Numbered from the stretch's first letter, positions 1 through 10,877 are shown. The stretch is DNA of 46,514 bases from Octopus sinensis (GCF_006345805.1 NW_021833844.1:1-46514); one strand, 5' to 3'. Program-made: numbers and translations. The notes: generated by a model not told the origin, from the letters alone.

Positions 1-930
1 TTTTAAAAATTTCAACATTGGAAAATATGTTAGCTCACCCATTCCAATAAGGCATAGATGAACCGTGAAATTTTTAACAAGTGGCTCAGTGATTTTGACT
101 GTGAACTTGCGAAGAAAAAAATAAAAATTCTACTTTCAATATATCGATACCCATCTCATCAAATAATTCCGGACGCTTCCCTCGACATACTGCTCTGAAC
201 GACATAGTCAAGCGGACTCTCGAAACTGCCGGATTCCCTCCACAGTTGGAACCGGTCGGGCTGGCTCGGGAGGATGGTAAACGTCCTGATGGTCTAACGA
301 CCTTCCCCTTTGAAAATGGCAAGTCTCTCATCTGGGACGCTACTTGTACGGATACCTTCTCCGCCGGGAACATCTTGACGTCAGCTTCAGAGCCGGGCTC
401 CGCAGCTAACCTGGCAGAAACGCTGAAGATCAAAAAATACGGCGCCTTATCGCACCGTTATATCTTCGCCCCGGTCGCAGTGGAGACGTCGGGTGTCCTC
501 GGTCCCAGGACTAAAAATTTTCTCATTAAATTGGGGAATCTGGCAAGCAGAAGGAAAAACGATCATCGAGAACGGACATGGCTTTTCCAACGCATATCAA
601 TAGCCATCTTGCGTGAGAATTGCCATTCCATCTTGTCCTCTGCCGATAATTAGTTACACAAAAATTAATTAATTCTTATTACCAAATGGTTGTCATCAAA
701 TAATTGTCACGTTAAACTCTATTGAAATTCTTTGGAAACAATTATTGAAGAGGAATCAAATGAGAAGAGAGTTAATCTTTGAGAGCTTTAGAGATTATTA
801 AAACTTATGCTTCTCAGGTAAATGCGGATATAGATTATCACGAAAATATTATGCCAATTGGGGAAATGTTAAGAAAATTAATTAAAAAACATAAAATTAA
901 TAATTTTTTTGAATATAAATAATTTTATGT
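1..930 (+). mobile_element. pogo/Tigger (DDE_1) transposase remnant interrupted by a CRE-like fragment
   Basis: Bases ~25-140 translate to ...MNREIFNKWLSDFDCELAKKKIKILL, matching the DDE_1 WMT..IF..WL..F......RKILL motif. A degraded C-terminal-like segment (RALEIIKTYASQ) follows the insertion at ~760-900. Confidence 0.55.
142..653 (+). mobile_element. CRE-like non-LTR retrotransposon, 5'-truncated (RLE endonuclease region)
   Basis: RHTALNDIV...LEPVGLAREDGKRPDGLT.FPF..GKSLIWDATC.DT...VAVETSG...WLFQRISIAILR; the ORF ends at 653 with almost no 3' UTR. Confidence 0.85.
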
Positions 931-970
931 ATTCAGTCATTTGTATATGAAAAAAAATATTTAATCTATA

Positions 971-2577
971 CAGTCCGACCCCAAAATGGGGCAGACCCCA
1001 GGGGTGGGGCACCCTCGGATTTTGGGGCACCCCCGCAATTTGGGGCACTTTATTCCAAAAGTACATTTTGGCAGAAAAAAAATAAAAATCGATAAAAAAT
1101 TATGGAATTTTTGGGGCACCATAAAATCATTTATAAGGAATTAAAAATAAAATAAAATTATAATAAATTAATTATTTTTTGTTTTATTTTCAATTTATAT
1201 TTTTATTGTTGTGGTTATGGATTACGAAACTAAATTGAAGATTGCTAAAGAAATTTTGAAGAAAAATTTATCTGAGAGGCAACTAATGAAAAAGTACAAC
1301 ACAAGTAAAGGAACAATATCAAGAATAAAACGAAATATTGTACCTTTCTTGCAACACGGCAATACTATTTCTGAGGAATATGACACATTTAAAGCCGATA
1401 AAGATAAATTTGATGATCAAGTCTTTGAAATATTTCAAAGACTACGCGTAGATAAAATTCCGATTTCAGGCCCTATTTTGAAAAAAATTGCCTTAGTTAC
1501 AGCTTCAAAAATTGGATTTACTTCTTTTAAAGCTTCCAATGGGTGGCTTGATAGATTTAAATTGCGGCATGAACTTCAATTCAAGTCAATATGTGGTGAA
1601 AAAGCTTCATGTGATTTATCTTATGTGAAAAATTATTTTGAAAAATATGACCAGAAAGTATTAAAATATGGACCTGAGAATATATTTAATTGTGATGAAA
1701 CTGCGCTTTTTATAAAAAGAACTCCTCAAAAATCATTTGTTGAACAAGGCGAACCGTGTTTTGGTTATAAACAAGGGAAAGAAAGACTCACTGTTCTTCT
1801 ATGCTGCAGTTTAATCGGGGAAAAACTTAATCCATTGATTATTGGAAAATATAAAAAACCTCGGTGTCTAAAAAATTTTGATGTTCAAGATTTTGGGTTA
1901 TTGTATTCATCTTCTCAAAATGCATGGATGACTGGAAAGACTTTTATGAGTTGGCTTACACTTATAAATGAATCGTTTTGCAAAAACAACAGAAAAATAT
2001 TATTAATACTTGACAATGCGGGATGCCATAAAACTGCCGAATGTTCGAACATCGAATTTTTATTTTTGCCGAAAAATACAACGCCCTATTTACAACCTTT
2101 CAAAAGGATGGGAGAAAATAGATGCTAAAAGTATTGTTAATTGTTGGAAGAAAATCGACAGGAACCGTGATTCTTATGCAACAAAAAACTGTCTAACAGA
2201 TGAACATTTAGATCAAGTTGTTAACGAAACAATTGATGGAGAATGCGAAGACATGAACAATAATGTTTATGATACATATTCAGAAACCGAAAATAGTGAA
2301 AATGTCGTAGCAAAAACAAAAGATCTGCTTAACAATTTAGAAGAAAAAATTTCTAATGTTGCACCAAGTATGCTCCGAGATTTTTTTGATTTTCGGCTGA
2401 AATTGACGAACAATATCAGACAAAACTCTACAAATAAAAAGAAAATAACTGAATATTTTAGTAAAAATGTTTTTTGATGTTTATTAATGGTTTAATTTTT
2501 AAAAAAATAACAAACCCCTGTTTTTGGGGCACCCCCGCATTTTGGGGCACTTGGTGCCCCATTTGGGGGTCGGACTG
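971..2577 (+). mobile_element. pogo/Tigger DNA transposon, copy 1 (internally deleted)
   Basis: TIRs CAGTCCGACCCC...GGGGTCGGACTG, TA on both sides (969-970, 2578-2579), repeated subterminal TGGGGCAC motifs. Confidence 0.93.
1217..2128 (+). pseudogene. CENP-B/Tigger-type transposase, C-terminally broken
   Basis: HTH_Tnp_Tc5 motif FKASNGWLDRFK.RH, plus IFNCDETALF, AWMT and LILDNAGCH. QPLD is lost through a ~140-nt deletion relative to copy 2. The ATG at 1217 is preferred over the GTG at 1211. Confidence 0.85.
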
Positions 2578-2714
2578 TATTGTAAGTTAATGTTTCAAAT
2601 ATAAAATATTATTTAAATTGCAACAATGGTTATTCAGAAAATTTTTTAAAAAAATAAGAGAAAATTTGATAAATAATACGACTAAGAAAATAATAGTGTT
2701 TTAGAAGTTTCAAA

Positions 2715-2915
2715 ATAAATAAAAGAAAGAGATTAAAGGAATAAAACCGGGAAATATACAAAAAATGATGAAATTTCAAATAATTTAATCATTAAAAGAA
2801 ACCACATCTCGCATTATTCCTTCTACATCCAATTAAATAAAAAAATAAAGTGTGATCAAAAATTGTTAAAATACAACAAACTAAATCACCCCGTAATAAC
2901 ACGTGGCTTAATTTA
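2715..2915. repeat. Dispersed ~200-bp repeat, inverted relative to ~28960-29170
   Basis: Shared blocks GAGATTAAAGGAATAAAA, TCATTAAAAGAAA, ATTATTCCTTCT.ATCCAATTAA and ACACGTGGCTTAATTTATTA match the reverse complement of the second locus. Confidence 0.75.
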
Positions 2916-3568
2916 TTAAGTTTTCTAGTAAAAATTAAGATAATTAAAATAATTAATAAAAATAAATTTTATTTTAATTACAACAAAATTGTACTGAACT
3001 TTATTTTGAGAAAATCTTTTCGTGTCATTTTTAAAAATCTTTTCAAGAAATAAAAAAACTTATACTTCTTGAATATAATGCAGGAAACTCAATCCGAAAA
3101 ATTTCCGAAAGTGTTCATATTCCGAAGAGTACAGTATGAAACATTATCAATAAATCGAAATTATTTAAAACCAGGGTTGTTAGATTTAAATCATTTGATT
3201 TTAATCAACAATAAAAATCAATGATTTAAATCATTAAAAAAAATCAAAAAAATCATTTAAATTTTTTTAAATGTCTGGAAGAAAGCGTGATTCTTTGTGG
3301 GCTTATTTTGATAAACGTATTATTCCTGGAAAGACCGGAAGCCGTGCCAGATGTCGTAATTGTGGGAAGGACATACAAGGTCTTGTATCTCGGATGAGGC
3401 AGCATCATTTATTATGTCGAAGTAATATTGATATCCCTGAAAATATGCCGAGACCTGAAAGCGAATTTCCTCCAAGGATGAAGGACCATTCATTAATCAA
3501 TTTCGTAACTACGACGACTTCATCTAAGAAAGATTTGATGGATCTGCAACTCGCTAGATACATATTTT

Positions 3569-4443
3569 GGTACTTTTGTCGAAGTGGTCGCAGTTTTTTT
3601 AGGCCTTTTAAAAAATCTAATAATTTTTGAGGTGGAATATATTATATTTTATTTAAGTCGCTCTATCAATAATTTAAAATATTATTAAATTTTTTACTAA
3701 TTTATTTTCTAATTTTTTTAATATTATGGCGAGCATGTACCTAATATTGATATAAACTGGCACTATAGGTCACATGGAAAATTCTGTTGTGGACTTATGC
3801 AACATCAAATTCCGACAGCTCCCAATAAGTAAGGAGGATGCAGTGCATTTTCTGCAAAATGTGGATATCCTTTCAAAGTCGAGGTGGGAAGCATTATTTA
3901 TAGTGACTGCTGGAAAGGTTAGCATTATTTGATTAACATTTAGGGTATTCAACTGATCAATTGGTTGAAAACGGCTACACACACGAAACCGTTAACCATA
4001 AGTAAGGAAATATAATATATTCAGAAAATTCTTTGTGGATCCAACGACGGGAGTGCACACCCAGACAGTAGAACGAATGTGGGGAAGTGCAAAATGCAAG
4101 AATAAAGCTCAAAGAGGAGCTGTAAGACATCATCTGGGATCTTATTTCGCAGGTTTTTTTTAGTTAGTTATTTTTTTCAGAATTTATGTGGCGAAAACAA
4201 ATACAGAACTATAAGGAATCTTTTGCACAGATTGTAAAAGACATAAATTCCTTCTACAGTCCTGGAATTTGGATGCCGCGTACTAAAAATGACTAAATTG
4301 GTTAAATAAATTTTTAAATAATTTTAATAACCATTTAAATTATTGATAGAGGGTTATAAATTAAATAATCTATTTTTCACTAAAAAAATTAATTAATTTT
4401 AATTATCTTCTAAAAAAACTGCGACCACTTCGACAAAAGTACC
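3569..4443 (+). mobile_element. Merlin (IS1016/ISXO2-like) DNA transposon, internally deleted, intron-containing
   Basis: 28-bp perfect TIR GGTACTTTTGTCGAAGTGGTCGCAGTTT. Spliced product VEVGSIIYSDCWK^GYSTDQLVENGYTHETVNHK^KFFVDPTTGVHTQTVERMWGSAK...SYFA^EFMWRK, stop at 4294-4296. Confidence 0.9.
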
Positions 4444-5329
4444 ATTTTGGTATTTGTCAAATTCGTCCAAATGCTTCTTCCTGGGTATCGTTTACCCTCT
4501 CGTCATCAAATTGGTGGTACATTACTTGATCATGTGTACGACCAAATACATGAAGACTGTCGACAAAGACTCCAGGACAAAACAGTGTCTATGATGTTGG
4601 ACGGGTGGAGCAACATTCATAATGAACCCGTTATTTGTGTCTCGGTTGTGACATCAGATGGGGAAAATTATCTCATTGACACTGTGGACACTTCTGGATA
4701 TAGCCACACTGCGGAATATCTTCAATCTGTTGCTTTAGCCTCCGCACATTGGCTGAACAACGGTTTGGATGTAGAAATTTGGAAAGAACTTGAACAGACA
4801 TATATTGACAATGGATGTACGAATATTTTAGGAAAAGTGAGAATTCGAGCAAAACAAGCATTAACACCTTTCCACTTACTTGCGAATTTGATCGACCCGA
4901 CATGTAGTGGGAAATCTCTTTCAAATGTTGAGATTGACATTGCATTGAGTTATTGTGCTCAAAATTATGAATATGCACTTCCGACTCTGATTAATTTCAG
5001 AGCAAAAGCTGATCCATTTAAACAATACATGTTTGCTCCGAATTTATTGAGTAAAGTATCACCTATAGCTTGGTGGGAGTCGAATTCATACCAGTTACCT
5101 TCACAAGTAATTTCACTATGCAAAAAAATTCTTGGAGCAGTTGCTTCAACAGGTGGAATAGAAAGAATCTTTTCACATTCGGATTTCTACATTCAAATGT
5201 ACGCAATAGGCTGGGGATCGAAAAAGCAGCCAAACTTGTTTCCATTTACAAGCTTTTAAATAAATAAAAACGATTTCCATTGTTTTTGTTTTTTATTTTA
5301 GTTCGCTTTGAAATATTTTTTTATTTATT

Positions 5330-5490
5330 AACCCGAAGACCACAAAGAAAGAAAGCGTAATGCAAACTAGTTAAGTGATCCCGGTGGACATAAGGAACTA
5401 CGATAGATCGTTCTGCGTGGCCGTTTTTCAGTGTTTATGTACAAAGAGAGAGGTTCTCTGATAAGCCAGGTGAAAGGGTCGTTTTGAAAT
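5330..5490 (-). mobile_element. Possible 3' fragment of a LINE inside the hAT right arm
   Basis: GC-richer island that ends on the minus strand in AATAAA and an A-rich tract. No diagnostic protein motif. Confidence 0.25.
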
Positions 5491-6708
5491 AAAGATCATT
5501 TAATTCAAAAAAATCTGATTTAAATCAAAAAAATCGTGATTAAATCAAAAAATCAGATTTTTTTGATTTTTTTGAAAAAATCATGATTTTTAACAACCCT
5601 GTTTAAAACTACCAAAAATAAGTCAAGATCAGGACAACCAAAAAAAATATCATCTCGATCAATTTCCATAATTAGACGAAAAGTACTTGATAATACGAGA
5701 TTATCTCGTAAACAACTCTCTACTTACTTGGGTGAGATAGGAACACCAGTATGCTCACAGACTGTTACAAATGCCCTAAGAAAAGAAGGGTTCCATAAAT
5801 GTCGTTTACGTAAAGTTCCGCTGCTTACTAAGGAACACGTCCATGCACGGCTAAAATATGCCAAAAAAAATTACTTAAAGACGACGACTTTCTAAATAAT
5901 ATTATTTGGTCGGATGAAACAAAGATAGAAATTTTTGGACACAATTATACAAGCTACGTGTGGCGTAAATCGAAGGATGAATATCGTCCAAAAAATACCA
6001 TACCAACAGTTAAACATGGAGGTGGCAGTATTATGCTATGGGGGTGTTTTTCTTCTTGGAGCGTTGTAGAACTTCATGTGATTGACGGAATATTGAATGT
6101 TTCTAAATACTGTGATATTTTGGAAAAAAATCTATTTTCGTCAATTGAGAAATGTGGTATTGCAGGAAATTGGACATTTCAACAAGACAATGATCCAAAG
6201 CACAACGCAAAAAAACTCAAAAATGGCTAGAAGAACATTTGATTGATACCCTTGAATGGCCAAGTCAGTCCCCAGATCTTAATCCGATTGAAAACCTTTG
6301 GAAAGAATTAAAAGCCAAAGTATGGGCGCATAATCCAAAAAATATCGCGGAATTAAAATCATTTTGTTTTGAAGAATGGAATAAAATTCCTGTTGAAACT
6401 TGTAAAAAGCTTGTTAACAATTATAAAAATTGCTTAAATGCAGTTTTGGAGAATAACGGATACTTTACAAAGTATTAAGTAATTTGTCCCAAGACTAATT
6501 AGCATTTGATTTTGTGACTGTTTGTTGAAAATGTCAAAATTTTTTTTAAATAAAATTTTCTTTGGATTATTTTTAAATGTTTTATTATGTAAAAAACTTT
6601 GTTTAATTTTTTAGCCTTTGGAAAAAATGAGATAAAAACAGGTATGTTTAAGAAAAGAAAATTTTATTAAAATATACAAGTGTCCCAAGACTAATTTGAC
6701 CCACTGTA

Positions 6709-6744
6709 GGTCACGGTGAGCAAAGCGAGCTTCCGAGCTAGTCA
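6709..6744 (+). mobile_element. Possible Helitron-like 3' terminus
   Basis: Short GC-rich GGTCACGGTGAGCAAAGCGAGCTTCCGAG followed by CTAG|T in AT-rich context. The hairpin is weak. Confidence 0.3.
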
Positions 6745-7682
6745 TTAATAAATTGAAACAGCATATTTTCCATCATGGTTGGATAAATTTTATATTCAGA
6801 TTATACACGTAGAATTTCAAAATCAAAATTTTCAAACTTTTTTGGTTCAATATTAACTAATCCAATATAGTAATTGTAAAGAGATGACCAATATTCGCTT
6901 ATGGCTATAAAAATATTTATAGAATTGAGTTTTATATGCATCAAATTTACTATCCTTTTGCTCGCATTTTCTGCAATTGTCTTCGGAACTTAATGTTTCA
7001 TTACATTATCTCCTCTGTGTTCTAAGACCCCTAGATATCGGCAAACTTCTTTATCGAAGGATTCTTGATTGATTAAATTATATTCATACTCATAATTAAT
7101 ACACTGATTGATAAAAACTTACGTCATTTTTGCACTTGACATTTTTTATTTATTCCCAGTTATTGTCAGAAATAAGATTGAATGATTCCAGATAATCAGT
7201 TTATTTATCAAAACATTTTTAAAATAAATTGCAACGTTCTAATAGTCGATTTATGCGCAACCTGGAAATCAGAATAACGAGACAATGGACGAGATTTCTC
7301 TTCATTTGTATTTGCCATAATTTTCTGCACTGCAATAAGTATTGTTCAAGGCTGTTCAGAAAGTTGCGAACCCATCGTATTTTATATCGATTTTATGCTT
7401 TTGGTTCCAACCAAATATCTTTGCAAACAAAAAGTTTCATCATTGTTCAATTTGAAATTAGATCACCTTGCAAAACTGAATGTTGTACATGATATTCGGG
7501 TTTCTCTTTCGTCAAAGGATTTAGAAATAGAAATATTGGTTTTTGATAAACAGCATCATTCATCTTATTAATTAAATAATTTTTTTCTTTATTTTTGAAA
7601 ATCGATAAAGCGTATGAGAAAAATTATTAAGATGCCACAGGTACAATATGAAAAGAAATTAGGAGGCCACTGCAATACATGA

Positions 7683-7904
7683 TGAGTCATAATAATTTTG
7701 ACAGCGAATTACTCATAATATTTTTAAAAACAATGACAAATTTCAACTTATAAAAACATAGTTAACATCTAAAATAAGAAAAATTTACAATTAAAATATA
7801 ACTTTGCAGATAAACTCGAATAAAATTAAAAAAATCAATTTTAATCATATAATTTTAAATTGTAACAAAATCATATTTTACGCTATATATTATTGTTATA
7901 AATA
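7683..7904 (+). promoter_or_regulatory. Putative promoter of orphan gene copy A (TGAGTCA element and TATAAATA)
   Basis: TGAGTCA at 7683-7689 and TATAAATA at 7897-7904. Both are retained upstream of the paralog (19785-19791, 19889-19896). Confidence 0.45.
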
Positions 7905-7927
7905 GCAAATAATAATTAAACGGCAAA

Positions 7928-8203
7928 ATGGTGAGAAGATTTGCAAGCGATAATAATAATTTTCTATACAGACTTCGACAAGATATAGAAAATTCTGAAA
8001 ATAATGAATTTTTTGAAAATGAACATAATATTCTTCACCGGCTCCAGGATATTGACCATTGTTTGAACGAATATTTGGCAAATGAAGAGGAGCATATACT
8101 AAATGACAGTGGTGTAAGAAACAGAGTAGAACAATTAGATAAATTGTTGACGGAGAAAATCGATTTTTATATAAATCGATCTGCAAACAGAGACACTAAT
8201 TAA
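7928..8203 (+). CDS. Orphan acidic, Asn-rich 91-aa protein, copy A
   Basis: Intact ATG..TAA and paralogous to 19920-20228. Indels are in frame and many differences are synonymous. Confidence 0.75.
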   Translation: MVRRFASDNNNFLYRLRQDIENSENNEFFENEHNILHRLQDIDHCLNEYLANEEEHILNDSGVRNRVEQLDKLLTEKIDFYINRSANRDTN

Positions 8204-8960
8204 TTAGCTATAATGTTAATTTATTTGGATAATTTCTTATTAAATTTTTCAAACAATTTCTAAGTAGTCAAACCTCTCTAAATCGACCCCTCGTTATACT
8301 GAAATTACCTAAAAATCGGACTAAACTTCTGGTCCCAATTTACCTCATAGCCCATCACTGCTATTTAATCTTTGATATATCCGATCTCCTGTATTCCGAA
8401 TACTGTCTGTATTTTGTGGTCCCAATTTGAATTTTTTAATCATAAATCGCCAATCTGACATCAAACTTTGATTTAATCTTATTATTCGGTTTTAACCTTG
8501 AATTGAAAACAACAATAAAGATTTATATTGCGGACAACTCGACTGAAAATCAAGCTTACGTTGAAAATTGTTTTTAAAGAAGAAAATTTAAATAATAAAT
8601 GAATCAAACCAAACAAGTAAGAAACTATAAGTAAAAGGTAATCGCTAAAAGCAATAAGAGCTGAATCGAAGCTTAAAACAAGGCAAAACTCATATAAAAA
8701 TTTCTATTAGTTTTAATGTTTCACTTTTTCGTTGTAAGTAAATTTAATGACTTGCTTAATATACCGACCTACCCTCTATACCGGACAATTCTGTCAGTGC
8801 CGAGAGTAATCGGTTCGAAGGATATTGAAATCAACTACAGAACATTATAAAAATAAACTACCCATAAAAAATCCAATATAAAACAATAAATAAAGATTCA
8901 ACTTAAACCCACCGTCACCTGAGATTAAAAAAGCAAGATGGAAATTGTTTAGTCATATTA

Positions 8961-10373
8961 TGTGACATGGGCCAAATGATACGTATGGGATGCGCGTTAC
9001 ACTGACCTTCAAATAATGTTAATCTGTCAATTTATCGATAAACTTCAAACAATCTTATCTTATTATTGAATTATCAACTACAAAAATAATTAATTTAAGT
9101 AAGCTTTTTAATCCTGTCCATCCCGACTATAGATTTTTTCCCATTTGAGTTTGGTTGAATCTCTCTACAATCCCCTATGTCCGTGGATTGTTAGGTCTTC
9201 CGTGAATTTGTTTGATTTTAAAATCAAAACAAATTTTCTTTATTTCCTGCTTCTTAAACTCAGAAGAATTTGACATGGCCGAAAATTTTTTTAAGTCAAT
9301 AAGATCTATCTGAAACCGTTCATTAGGACAAGAAACAAAAACATGGTGATTTATATCTCCAATTTACAATAAAAAATGTTTATACTTTAAAGGACGTGAA
9401 AATTTACAGACTTGACAATTTCGAATTACTTTTCTGATTATTTCATTCTTTACAGTAAAGTAACTTTGTCGACACTGATATTCAATTTTATTCACTCCTC
9501 CGTGAGAATGCCCGTGCAATGTTTTTGCATTAAGCTCAATTTCAGATTCATTATCCAGAGTAATGACTAACTTGGGATCAGCGGATTTAAGATACAATCT
9601 GAAACTTAATGCGCATTCAAAATACCTTTCATTGATGATAGTAAAATTCTCTATTTTATTGGCAACCTTATATTTTTTGTGCCTCGAAAAATTTTCTGGA
9701 AATTTAGCAGCCAACGCATCCTTTAAAATCTCATATTCGATAATGTCTTATACAAAACCCTAGTAAGAACTCATTACAACAAGATAAAACAAGAAAAAAC
9801 ACGCTAGAAATGTAAGTTATCCAAGTTAAAAAATTAAAATCTTAATAATTGTAACAACAGTTTGGCAATTCGCCAGGCTACATATACATCCTAAACATAA
9901 TAATGGTTTTTAAGCCTTTGATTATCATTGTAACATTAATAAATTAAAGATTATTTAACATGTTTTTTTAAATTTCAGAACAATTTATTTCAGAAACGAG
10001 TTAATTATAAGACAGGCAAGTTTTCCGCGGCTGACGACAGCAAAAATTGCCAAATATTCTACAATCGGGGATTCGTACCGCTTTGTTCCTGTGGCAGTCG
10101 AGACTTCGGGTGTCACAGGAACTGTAACTGAGTCATTCCTTAAAGAAATCGGTCGAAAAATTGCTCATGTAAAAAACGATTGGAGGGAACCAACATGGCT
10201 TTGACAAAGAATAGGTTTGGCCGTTGTTCTCGGCAATGCCTATTCGATTATGTCGTCAGTCGCTCGTTCTTAACATGTTTGAAATCGATTCATTAATATA
10301 TTTGTTCACTATAAAAAATTAAATTTCGGCTAATCAAAGAATTCTAATTTGACAACGCGCGGCCCATGTCACA
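8961..10373 (-). mobile_element. Ginger/GIN (KRBA2-like integrase) DNA transposon, family A, decayed
   Basis: TIR TGTGACATGGGCC / GGCCCATGTCACA and 5-bp TSD TATTA. Minus strand encodes H..SH.G.....C..C, PNERFQIDLIDLKK and HGRPNNPRT. The paralogous module near 20430 lacks the insertion. Confidence 0.85.
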
Positions 10374-10873
10374 TATTATACGAAAGGATTCACAACTACT
10401 TTGATAGAAAATTACTTTCGTGAACCAATGAAGCGTCGGTTGTAGGTAATTAACACTATAAGAAATATGTTATAAAGTATGTAAAACAGTGAAATTTTAT
10501 TATTTTATAAAAACAATAAGCAGCGTTCCGCCAAATTAAAGGAGTTTGTGGACGATATGTCGAGGATGCCAAGAAGTACGAAAGCAAAAAAGTTTGAGAG
10601 CCACTGTTCTCGACTATGTTCGAATGCAAGTCGTAAAAAGGCGAAGTGGGAAAAGATAGCAAGAGGATATTCGAAATGCATAGTTTAAGCGAAACCCTTG
10701 TTGGGCTACGCGAAAAAGCGCTTTGTGTTCAACTAAATGAAACTAACTCCATTAAAATTATTTTTGGTGCAAGTAACTTTCAATATTAATTAAAAAAATA
10801 AATACAGCTTTAAACTTATGCTGAAAACAATTTTTCAATCAAATTAGTTCTTTTTAAACATATGTCTAGTCAA
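9920..10873 (+). repeat. ~950-bp near-identical direct duplication (partner 23621-24572)
   Basis: Identical by eye from GATTATCATTGTAAC to ATGTCTAGTCAA, apart from rare single-base indels. Confidence 0.95.
10020..10272 (+). mobile_element. CRE-like 3' fragment inside the Ginger-like element
   Basis: AADDSKIAKYS...YRFVPVAVETSGV...EPTWL*QRIGLAVVLGN, with a premature TGA. Confidence 0.8.
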
Positions 10874-10877
10874 TTTT

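Larger units (their letters stand above)
3172..5601 (+). mobile_element. hAT transposon with BED zinc finger, decayed
   Basis: TIR CAGGGTTGTTA / TAACAACCCTG; perfect 8-bp TSD TTTAAAAC (3164-3171, 5602-5609). BED finger LW.YF...C..C...MRQH...C, then LDGWSN and the C-terminal WW...ASTGGIERIFS. Confidence 0.93.
3030..6706 (+). mobile_element. Tc1-family (DD34E-type) transposon, left end missing, interrupted by hAT
   Basis: N-terminal HTH (SIRKISESVHIPKSTV...KSRSGQPKK) continues across the hAT insertion. Also IWSDETK, VKHGGGSIMLWGCF, QQDNDPKH and WPSQSPDLNPIENLW. Right end ...CCCACTG|TA at 6706; inner direct repeat GTCCCAAGACTAATT at 6486 and 6682. Left boundary approximate. Confidence 0.88.

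Noticed and set aside
86-433. 115-aa minus-strand ORF (and its twin at 15089-15586)
   Set aside because: Antisense shadow of the GC-richer CRE coding strand; it recurs only because the element recurs.
878-1066. Pro/Gly-rich ORFs at 878-1066, 29850-30071 and 31383-31631
   Set aside because: Translations of the pogo subterminal TGGGGCAC repeats.
7229-7492. 87-aa ORF and surrounding coding-like sequence
   Set aside because: No motif, and no consistent spliced model on either strand.
8890-8960. TAA aligned with GAA/AAA in a paralog, suggesting stop-codon reassignment
   Set aside because: Host genes end normally at TAA or TGA and have no internal TAA after splicing; decay is the simpler explanation.
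10456-10662. Identical 68-aa ORFs at 10456 and 24155
   Set aside because: Identity follows from the recent duplication and gives no evidence of coding selection.
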